A DNA stretch of 64,000 nt from a virus (lineage: Duplodnaviria; Caudoviricetes): the IMG/VR virus record IMGVR_UViG_3300044627_003892. One strand, given 5' to 3'. Positions within the stretch are counted from its first letter, which is position 1, and each line of letters begins with the position of its first letter. The notes under the pieces are model-generated. The model saw nothing but the letters and a program-made list of their open reading frames with translations. It did not search any database and was not told the origin of the DNA. Shown in pieces: positions 38,793 to 46,382 of the stretch. Both the position numbers and the translations under genes were made by a program.

Positions 38793-39762
38793 ATTTTATA
38801 AATCTTTTAAAGTTTTTCAGTTCTTCAGTTAAACTTGATTCTTCTTCTTTTTTCTTAGATTCCTCTTCTTTTTTCTTAGATTCCTCTTCTTTTTTCTTAG
38901 TTTCCTCTTCTTTTTTCTTTTCTTCTTCTTTCACTTTTTCAGTTTCTTTAGCCGCCTCAACAAACTCTTTAATTGGTAATCCTAAAAGTAATGAGTTACA
39001 AAAGTTATCTTTTTTGATAATATGACCTTCACCAAATAATTCAATAACTTCTTTAACATATTTTTCACAATCAGATTCACTTGTTATTACGGATATTTTT
39101 TTAGTTCCAAATTTATCAATTATTTTTTCAAATTCAGTATCTACTTTAGATTGTGACCAATCTAACCATTCCGGTACAGGTTCAGGAAATTCAAAATTAG
39201 CTAAATTTGATTCCGGTATCGAACTACAAAAATTATAAGTACTATTTGATTCATCTTTTCCATTTTCAGACCAAGATAGATGGTAATGGGGCCCTGTTGA
39301 ACGTGGACTTGGGTGTCTATATTCATCAATAAACGTAAATCCGTCAATAGATTGTCTAGCAGCACACAAAAGAGTTGATATTTTATCTAATGTTTCATCG
39401 TCAGACACTCTGAGGTCACCTACAGCTGTTTTCCCAAACACTATGTCATTAGCGTTTCCTTGGGTATGTCGGCTTCTTGTTGACTTATGATATCTATCAC
39501 GTCCAGCACCAAATCTTATCTTTAACTCAGGCATTTCTTTTTTAAACGCTGAAGATACTTTTTTTATAACATTTGCTAATTCTGGAGTAATATCACCAAG
39601 TTCATCTATTGTTGATTTATGTGCATATCCTAAACTATTTAAATGTGTTCTAACACCATTTGCATTAACGTGAGTTGATTTATCAACTTTTTCTTCAAGT
39701 AAAACATTTCTTAATTTTTTAATTTCAGAAATAACTTCTTTGTGACTATTAATCTTATTCAT
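38791..39762 (-). CDS. M15/LAS-type zinc peptidoglycan peptidase with propeptide-like N-terminus and K/E-rich tail
   Basis: SRHTQGNAND (SxHxxGxAxD) and GPHYHL (HxH); start at MNKINSHKE (39762); 4x KKKEEE(S/T) tail. Confidence 0.7.
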   Translation of the reverse strand: MNKINSHKEVISEIKKLRNVLLEEKVDKSTHVNANGVRTHLNSLGYAHKSTIDELGDITPELANVIKKVSSAFKKEMPELKIRFGAGRDRYHKSTRSRHTQGNANDIVFGKTAVGDLRVSDDETLDKISTLLCAARQSIDGFTFIDEYRHPSPRSTGPHYHLSWSENGKDESNSTYNFCSSIPESNLANFEFPEPVPEWLDWSQSKVDTEFEKIIDKFGTKKISVITSESDCEKYVKEVIELFGEGHIIKKDNFCNSLLLGLPIKEFVEAAKETEKVKEEEKKKEEETKKKEEESKKKEEESKKKEEESSLTEELKNFKRFIK

Positions 39763-39775
39763 ATATTTTTTTTGT

Positions 39776-39789
39776 ATATTTATAAATAT
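39776..39789. promoter_or_regulatory. Palindromic bidirectional late promoter ATATTTATAAATAT
   Basis: Perfect palindrome between divergent ATGs 39762(-) and 39791(+). Confidence 0.6.
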
Positions 39790-39790
39790 T

Positions 39791-40558
39791 ATGGAAAACA
39801 ATAAATTAATTAAAATTGCACAAAAGTTATCTTTATCGATTAAAGATACAAATGTTGCACAAATATCAAGAAAATTAAATAGCAGTAAAGGCCCGTATAA
39901 ACAAATGATGTCCGTGTTAGAAGGATGGGATTTTGTTAAATTGGTATTTTTAATTAATGCCATTAATAATGGTGAAAAAGAATTTGAATCAATATTATGG
40001 AAATTAGATAATGAAGGATTTACCTACGCAATTGCTAATGTATTTGATACTGAAGTTCAGGAAAGCTGTGATTACTGTGGTGGTGATGGTGAGATTAGTT
40101 GCAGTGAATGTGATGGTTCAGGTGAAGTAGAATGTTCTGATTGTGGTGGTGAAGGTGAAAACGAAGAAGGTGAAACATGTGGAAATTGTGATGGTGGTGG
40201 TAAAAGTGATTGTGATACCTGTGGGGGTAGCGGTCATGAAGATTGTTATGACTGTAGTGGTACAGGTGAACAACAAAAAAGCGACGCTTACGAATTAAAA
40301 TTAGACTTTTATTTTAGTATTAATGAAGAATTAAAATCAGAAATTAGTAAACTTAACAGATATGACAAAATTGACTCTGACACAATCACAGATTATGAAG
40401 ATACAAATGAAACTATATTAGTATACGCATCACCGATGGCAATAGAAGTTGAGACAAATGAAGAATTAGAATATAATACCGAATATTTTTATGAAATAGA
40501 TACTGCTGGATGGGTTGGTAATACGGCTAGTAGCCCAAACTTTGATTTAGATTATTAA
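39791..40558 (+). CDS. DnaJ-type zinc-finger protein (six CxxCxGxG repeats, no J domain)
   Basis: CDYCGGDG, CSECDGSG, CSDCGGEG, CGNCDGGG, CDTCGGSG, CYDCSGTG; no HPD motif. Confidence 0.8.
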   Translation: MENNKLIKIAQKLSLSIKDTNVAQISRKLNSSKGPYKQMMSVLEGWDFVKLVFLINAINNGEKEFESILWKLDNEGFTYAIANVFDTEVQESCDYCGGDGEISCSECDGSGEVECSDCGGEGENEEGETCGNCDGGGKSDCDTCGGSGHEDCYDCSGTGEQQKSDAYELKLDFYFSINEELKSEISKLNRYDKIDSDTITDYEDTNETILVYASPMAIEVETNEELEYNTEYFYEIDTAGWVGNTASSPNFDLDY

Positions 40559-41172
40559 ATTAAAAAGTTTCTAACCGATTGAGTGTCTTTTTTGAAATCT
40601 TCTCTGAAATTCTTTGTAAACTCCTCATTTTCACAATATACCTCAACATGTTCACTGAATACCCAATCCATACAAAGAAGTGCAATTAAATGGTTTTCTC
40701 TGTCCATAATTGGTAATGAAACCATAGATTGTGTTCCAAACTTTTTAATTAAAGCTCTTGTTGCAATATCAGGGATAAGTTCACAATCGTGAATAAATAA
40801 TCCGTCCTCCATAGTTTGTTTAATTAACCAATTATAGTGACTTACAAACACATTTTGTATTTTTTCAGTTATTCTTTCAAGTCCGTCAGAACATCTTTCA
40901 TATGTCACAGACGCTTTCTGCATTGCTGATGATGTGTAGAAATTACCACCATTGTGAAATTGGATAACATATATTCTATCTGCGTTATATTTTCTTCTTA
41001 TTTCTCTTAAAGTAGAGTGAACAATTTCGTCTGTTTCTATTTGTTGTGAAAGTTTGTTTCTTGAGTTTTGTTTTGCTCTTTTTTCTTTCATCATGTTAAA
41101 AAACCCCGCAGTTATTAATGCAATAACAATTGATGTAACTGAGGTAATGATTGTTGGTATAATTTCGTTCAC
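40555..41172 (-). CDS. Single-TM protein with GAF-like domain (T4 gpT-like holin candidate)
   Basis: N-terminal TM ITSVTSIVIALITAGFF, then ADRIYVIQFHNGG...SMVSLPIMD...LIALLCMDW (GAF-like pattern); GTG start. Confidence 0.45.
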   Translation of the reverse strand: MNEIIPTIITSVTSIVIALITAGFFNMMKEKRAKQNSRNKLSQQIETDEIVHSTLREIRRKYNADRIYVIQFHNGGNFYTSSAMQKASVTYERCSDGLERITEKIQNVFVSHYNWLIKQTMEDGLFIHDCELIPDIATRALIKKFGTQSMVSLPIMDRENHLIALLCMDWVFSEHVEVYCENEEFTKNFREDFKKDTQSVRNFLI

Positions 41173-41223
41173 CTTTCTTTCTTTAAATTTTTATATCACT
41201 GATTAATAAATATTAATAAAAAT

Positions 41224-41252
41224 AAAAAAGGGTTAAAAATAACCCTTTTTTT
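41224..41252 (-). terminator. Terminator downstream of tRNA
   Basis: AAAAAAGGGTTA-aaaa-TAACCCTTTTTT. Confidence 0.8.
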
Positions 41253-41259
41253 AAAATAG

Positions 41260-41333
41260 TACCCCCGAAGGGATTCGAACCCCTGGCCCACAGATTAGAA
41301 ATCTGTTGCTCTATCCTACTGAGCTACGAAGGC
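41260..41333 (-). tRNA. tRNA-Arg(UCU)
   Basis: GCCTTCG TA GCTC AGTAGGATA GAGC A ACAGA TT-TCT-AA TCTGT GGGCC AGGGG TTCGAAT CCCTT CGGGGGT A; CCA not encoded; TATATTTG promoter at 41346-41353. Confidence 0.92.
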
Positions 41334-41372
41334 ATTTATCTGTCACAAATATAGATTAAATTTGTGACAATA

Positions 41373-41549
41373 TTAAAGTTGTTTGACAATATATTTATGA
41401 CCTGAATCAGAATTTTTCTCAAACAATTCTTTTGTTATTTCAGCTTCTTCATAGGTATTAAACTCCAAGATTTCATCATGGATGTTTAGAAGGATGACTG
41501 GCATCTCAACTCCTTTTTTGTTTTTTATAAATTTAACGATTACAAACAT
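41373..41549 (-). CDS. Small hypothetical protein (58 aa, not in ORF track)
   Basis: MFVIVKFIKNKKGVEMPVILLNIHDEILEFNTYEEAEITKELFEKNSDSGHKYIVKQL; fills the gap directly after 41552..41803. Confidence 0.7.
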   Translation of the reverse strand: MFVIVKFIKNKKGVEMPVILLNIHDEILEFNTYEEAEITKELFEKNSDSGHKYIVKQL

Positions 41550-41551
41550 AA

Positions 41552-41803
41552 TTAATATCCAAAATGTGTTCCACTATAATTATCCCATTCGTCATCAAAC
41601 GAAAATTTCACTTTATCATATTTTTTAATGATTGGAGATGATTGTTCTTCTATAAAGTTTGGATTTGAAACAAATTCTTTCCATGTATAAAAATCATATA
41701 AACTTTCTAATACCTCCAAAGGAACTAATATAAGTTTATCATGAGTCAATCCCTTAACATCATCTCTGTATTTTTCTGATATTTGTATTTTGTTTTCTGA
41801 CAT
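41552..41803 (-). CDS. Hypothetical protein
   Basis: 83-aa ORF. Confidence 0.7.
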   Translation of the reverse strand: MSENKIQISEKYRDDVKGLTHDKLILVPLEVLESLYDFYTWKEFVSNPNFIEEQSSPIIKKYDKVKFSFDDEWDNYSGTHFGY

Positions 41804-41872
41804 AACAATTTAAGTATAATAATACTTATTGGTAAATTCAATTTGTCCTAATAAATTTTTATTAATATCTTT

Positions 41873-42367
41873 ATGAATATGAATGGAGTATTAGTTCTTA
41901 ATTCAGATTATAGTCCCTTAAATGTAACATCGTTTAATCGTGGGTTTAATTTAGTCTATAAAGGAAAGGCAGAGGTTGTTAAATCATCTGACGAGCCTGT
42001 CGTATGTGGTATTATAAAACTTGTTAGACCCGTTATTATTAGACTTTTAAACTACGTTTCAATCACTCGTAGACGTATTCGTGTTAATCGTCATAGAATC
42101 ATGAGACGTGACCATAATGCTTGTGTTTATTGTGGAAACAAAAAAGACCTTACAATAGACCATATCGTCCCTAAATCGAAAGGTGGGGGTAATACATGGG
42201 ATAACCTAGTTACGTGTTGTATAACGTGTAATTCGAAGAAAGGGGATAAGTTATTGGGTGAGACTAATATGAAGTTAATGAAAAAACCCACAGAACCTAC
42301 TATATTTTCGGATTCTGTGGGTCAATCTTTACAAAAAGTTTGGACTGAATATCAAAAGTCTTTTTAA
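41873..42367 (+). CDS. HNH endonuclease (McrA-like)
   Basis: VLVLNSDYSPL N-terminus, CVYCG, TIDHIVPKSKGG, WDNLVTCCITCNSKKG; start may be 41879. Confidence 0.9.
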   Translation: MNMNGVLVLNSDYSPLNVTSFNRGFNLVYKGKAEVVKSSDEPVVCGIIKLVRPVIIRLLNYVSITRRRIRVNRHRIMRRDHNACVYCGNKKDLTIDHIVPKSKGGGNTWDNLVTCCITCNSKKGDKLLGETNMKLMKKPTEPTIFSDSVGQSLQKVWTEYQKSF

Positions 42368-43872
42368 AGACCTTGTGTAATTGAACTTTTTAATTTGTCA
42401 ATATAACTTTTTTTCATATCTGAGGAAGTCTCAATTGTTGTGTTTTTCAAATCTTCCAACGATTGTTTAACCTTTTGGGATATCTGATGTGTTAAATCAT
42501 CTAAAGTTGTTCGTGATGCGGCAAGTTTTGCAATAGTGTTTCTAACAATAGTTTCCAAACCATCACCTGATGGGTCACTAATTTCAATAAAACTTTCAGG
42601 TAAAATTGAAACAATTGTGTCTGAAACATATTGAGGGTCAATCATTTTTTTTGCTTCTTCTTTTGGTAAACTTTTAAATGTATCTGTAATCTTTTTCCCA
42701 ATTTGGGTATTAGAGTTAATCTGTAATTTATTTAAAATATATTGAGTTGCTTTATCTATAAAAGTTTCTTCATGTCCTCCAAACACTGAATTAAACGCAA
42801 TATCAAAGTCACCTAATTCTGATTCATTTAATGTCTTTAAAAGACCACTATTAAAGTAGTTATCAAAAAATTTTCTATATGATTGGTTAAAGAAATATTT
42901 TGAATTTTCTTTTAAACTTATTTTTTTATCTAATTTAGATATTTTTAATTTTTCTTTAACATTCTCAGAAATTGTTTTATTTGTTTTCATTTCTTTTAAT
43001 TTTTTCTTAATTTTTAATTTTCTTTCTATTAGATGTGTTGTTACAGACTCTTTTTTAATTAAAGATTGTTTCCATTCGTCATAATATTTAACACCTTTTT
43101 TTAATTCTGAATTAGCAATCCATTTAACAATCGGATTTTTATGTAGGTCTTTTTTATTATTTTTTCGAGCCCAATATAAATCGTTATCAATTTTTTTATC
43201 ACTATCACATAGGTCAAGCATTCTTGCATCTAAAAGACTAGTAAATTTATCATTAAAACTAACTAACATTTTAAAAGATTCTTTATCTCTCTCAACATCT
43301 GTTTTATAATCGTTAATAAAATAATTATTAGTTTCCCATGGTTTGCAATCTATTTTAAAGGCTTGAGGTATTAAATGGTTTTGAAATATATTACCAATTG
43401 TTTCACCTTTTAAACCCGGATAATCGTCACCATTATACACATGTTCCCAAACTTTTTTCATTGTACTATTACAATAACCTAAAGTTTCAGTACCTTTTTT
43501 ATCTAAATTGTGTGTTTTTGCAATTTCAGAAAATTCTCTGTTAACATATTCTCTAAAAATATCACCAGCTTCAGTGTCGCATTCATTTGAATCGTTACAT
43601 CTAAAATACATTCCTTCACTTGGTTTCCATTCACAGTCTGTGATGTCATTCTTTTTAGGTTTTGGTGGAGATGGTGTCGGTGTTGGTGTTGGAGGTGTCG
43701 GTGATGGTTTTGGTGGTGTAGGTTTTGTTTTACAAGATGATTTATTAACAAAACATGAACCGGCGACTTCTTTTGTTAGGCATCCTTTTTTCTTCCAATT
43801 CTCCATTCTAGAACAAGAAATTTTGTCCCAACCGCCTTCTTCCAGTAATAAATGTTTATCTAATAAATTCAT
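42364..43872 (-). CDS. Hypothetical late protein (502 aa), Cys/Pro-rich N-terminal half
   Basis: MNLLDKHLLLEE N-terminus; late motif 4 nt upstream. Confidence 0.8.
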   Translation of the reverse strand: MNLLDKHLLLEEGGWDKISCSRMENWKKKGCLTKEVAGSCFVNKSSCKTKPTPPKPSPTPPTPTPTPSPPKPKKNDITDCEWKPSEGMYFRCNDSNECDTEAGDIFREYVNREFSEIAKTHNLDKKGTETLGYCNSTMKKVWEHVYNGDDYPGLKGETIGNIFQNHLIPQAFKIDCKPWETNNYFINDYKTDVERDKESFKMLVSFNDKFTSLLDARMLDLCDSDKKIDNDLYWARKNNKKDLHKNPIVKWIANSELKKGVKYYDEWKQSLIKKESVTTHLIERKLKIKKKLKEMKTNKTISENVKEKLKISKLDKKISLKENSKYFFNQSYRKFFDNYFNSGLLKTLNESELGDFDIAFNSVFGGHEETFIDKATQYILNKLQINSNTQIGKKITDTFKSLPKEEAKKMIDPQYVSDTIVSILPESFIEISDPSGDGLETIVRNTIAKLAASRTTLDDLTHQISQKVKQSLEDLKNTTIETSSDMKKSYIDKLKSSITQGL

Positions 43873-43889
43873 ATATTATAAATACTTAA

Positions 43890-46370
43890 TTAAGGTTTAA
43901 ATGTTTGTTTTCCATCATCCCAAACATATGTAACTTGAGTTCCGTCAGGTTTTGTAATAATACCTGTACCCTCCTCTGTATTATATTCACCAACTTTATA
44001 ACCTTTATCAATAGTAAATTCACTATCTAACGCAAATTTTGCCCATCCAAGGTCGTCGTCACTGTATTTTCCTTTTAGACTTCTTTCACCTTGTCTTTGT
44101 TTTCTTTTATTTTTTAAACATTCAAACATATTAGCTGCAGGGTCCTTACCATTATCACTATTATAACAGTATTCAGTTCTTAATACATTATCATACTTAT
44201 CTTTTGTATTAATAATTTCTTGTTCTAAGTTTTCAATAAAATTTTGTCGAATAGCCTCACTACCCCCACCAAACAATCCCTCATTATATATTCTTTTTAA
44301 ATATACTTGAAGTTCATCTATATAAGTACCTGTTATAACTCCACCCATTTCTAAAATTCCTTCAATCGGAGTTGGTCGAAATGAATCCCTTATTTGTTCA
44401 TCACTTAAAGGTGTTTTAACTTCTGAGATTACTTTACTTAATTCCGCACATTCTTCATCAGTTCCAATTTTTTCATATGTAACACCTTCATTAACAATTG
44501 GTTCACATAATAATTTTTGAATTTTTTCAAATTCTATAACCATTTGTATCTTTGCATCATTCCTTCTTGTACCCTCAATAAAACTCATAACCCATGGAAA
44601 AACAGTCAATTTCCAAAAAAGTAATTTAACTCCCCTATCAAACCAAACTCCCTTAGTTCCCGCTAAACCTATAATACTTCTGTAGGTTTGAATACTGCTA
44701 GGGTCCATTGTTAAAGCAAATCTTGTCCAACTTTTACCCAAATCGGCAAAAAGTAAAGCGGCATTTAGTGCCTTAGCTTCAGCACCTTCAGCTTTTATTA
44801 TGTCCCTCCATCTTTTTACATTTAAAATTAGTGACATTTCCCCGTAACCTCGAAACATTTGTGAGACTAATTTATCGAAGTTTTCTTGGAAATCGTTACC
44901 TAAATTTTCATATAATTCTTTAAACTCTTTACTTTCTAAGAATTTATTAAGTCTGGCATCGTCAATACCCGAATTTTTAAGTTCAGTTTCAAGCCAGTCT
45001 TTAGCACCTTTTTTACCTAAATCACTTTCTTGTAAGAGTACTACTAAATTTTTAATTGTATCTAAATTACCACCTATACCTTTATGATTAAGAATATTTT
45101 TTGCCATAATTTGTAGTTCCTTATTCAACAGGTTTTCAATGTCCTGAAGTGAACGTATTCTAAATGTCTTTAACATTCTATTTCCAAAATTCTCAATAAA
45201 ATATTTCACATACGCCGTACCTCTTGCACTACCAATTATTTTTAACTTAGGTAAAAGTACTTCATATAATATTTTCTTAACTTTTTGAGCGACAGTTTTA
45301 TCAGGGTAAACCTCAACCTGACTTGCCAATCTTATTATACTAGAAATTGATGTAAATTCTTTATTTAATCTATCACCTAATATTTTTAAATCAATCTCAG
45401 AAACTTCTTCGTCAAGTATTTCTCTCCAAGTTCGGTTTTTTGAGGTTTGTGACATAATTTCTCTCGAATATTTACCTAAATCAGGTAGTCCCTTTGTATT
45501 TATAGAACCTACTTTACTTAAGAAATTATCTAAATATTCTTTCATAAATTCTTCATTTCTTTTAAGAACTGGTAGTATTTTATTAAATAAAGATTCAGAT
45601 AAGTCTTCTATATTATTTATTCTTCCAGAGACATAGTTTTTTAACTCTTCAAATTCTGATGATGTTACAGTAATTCCACCAGTATCAATATTTGTAGAGC
45701 CTCTCTTTGTGTCATACTTTGTTAAAAATAGTTCACTAATTTTTTCTTTTAAAATATTTTTATTTAATATAATATTCTTAGCAGTATCAGCGTTTAATGG
45801 TAACTCATTTAATTTATATGCGTCAATTAATAACTTTTTATACTCTTTATCAATATTTAATTCTTCAAGTCTTTTTTTAAGACTTCTTAATTGAGTTAAA
45901 ACATCATTATATAAATCATCGTCTTGAGTAGCAATGGTTGGTGTCAATTTTTTCAAAATCGATTCAGACTTAGTCGCCAATTCATCAAGCTCAGGGTAAA
46001 TCTCTTTTAAACTTTGTCTTATTGACGCTTTCATTTCTTGTTTTACCTGAGCATTAGAAGTTTTAAGTAACTCTTTAAACAATGTACTAAAAGGAATATC
46101 ATCTAAAACACTGTTACTCCAATCAGCAGCTCTAATTGCTGTTAATATATCTTGAAGTGTACGAGTTGTTACCTCACCACCAACCTTTGAAATACTTCGA
46201 GTAACTACATCACTTAGTGTTCTTGGGTCTATATTTTTTATAGCATCCACATCAAATAATCTTTTTAACAATTTTTGAGTTAAACTTGATGGTAAACTGT
46301 CTTCACTAATTATTTGAAGACCCATTATTTCTCTTACTCTGTTAATTTCACTTAAAATTTCTTTTTTCAT
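43890..46370 (-). CDS. Large hypothetical late protein (826 aa), candidate internal head protein
   Basis: MKKEILSEINRVREIMGLQIISE N-terminus; late motif 3 nt upstream; hydrophobic segment GVKLLFWKLTVFPWVM. Confidence 0.8.
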   Translation of the reverse strand: MKKEILSEINRVREIMGLQIISEDSLPSSLTQKLLKRLFDVDAIKNIDPRTLSDVVTRSISKVGGEVTTRTLQDILTAIRAADWSNSVLDDIPFSTLFKELLKTSNAQVKQEMKASIRQSLKEIYPELDELATKSESILKKLTPTIATQDDDLYNDVLTQLRSLKKRLEELNIDKEYKKLLIDAYKLNELPLNADTAKNIILNKNILKEKISELFLTKYDTKRGSTNIDTGGITVTSSEFEELKNYVSGRINNIEDLSESLFNKILPVLKRNEEFMKEYLDNFLSKVGSINTKGLPDLGKYSREIMSQTSKNRTWREILDEEVSEIDLKILGDRLNKEFTSISSIIRLASQVEVYPDKTVAQKVKKILYEVLLPKLKIIGSARGTAYVKYFIENFGNRMLKTFRIRSLQDIENLLNKELQIMAKNILNHKGIGGNLDTIKNLVVLLQESDLGKKGAKDWLETELKNSGIDDARLNKFLESKEFKELYENLGNDFQENFDKLVSQMFRGYGEMSLILNVKRWRDIIKAEGAEAKALNAALLFADLGKSWTRFALTMDPSSIQTYRSIIGLAGTKGVWFDRGVKLLFWKLTVFPWVMSFIEGTRRNDAKIQMVIEFEKIQKLLCEPIVNEGVTYEKIGTDEECAELSKVISEVKTPLSDEQIRDSFRPTPIEGILEMGGVITGTYIDELQVYLKRIYNEGLFGGGSEAIRQNFIENLEQEIINTKDKYDNVLRTEYCYNSDNGKDPAANMFECLKNKRKQRQGERSLKGKYSDDDLGWAKFALDSEFTIDKGYKVGEYNTEEGTGIITKPDGTQVTYVWDDGKQTFKP

Positions 46371-46382
46371 GTTAATAAATAT

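Noticed and set aside
38708-39025. ORF-track 105-aa ORF
   Set aside because: Overlaps the tmRNA 3' end and a terminator and is the antisense shadow of the KKKEEE repeat.
38791-39963. 390-aa version of the M15 peptidase
   Set aside because: The extension overlaps the divergent 39791 gene; the late motif supports ATG 39762.
41873-42367. HNH gene as a mobile homing element
   Set aside because: It is the VLVLN-type McrA-like family, with no flanking intron structure or interrupted gene.
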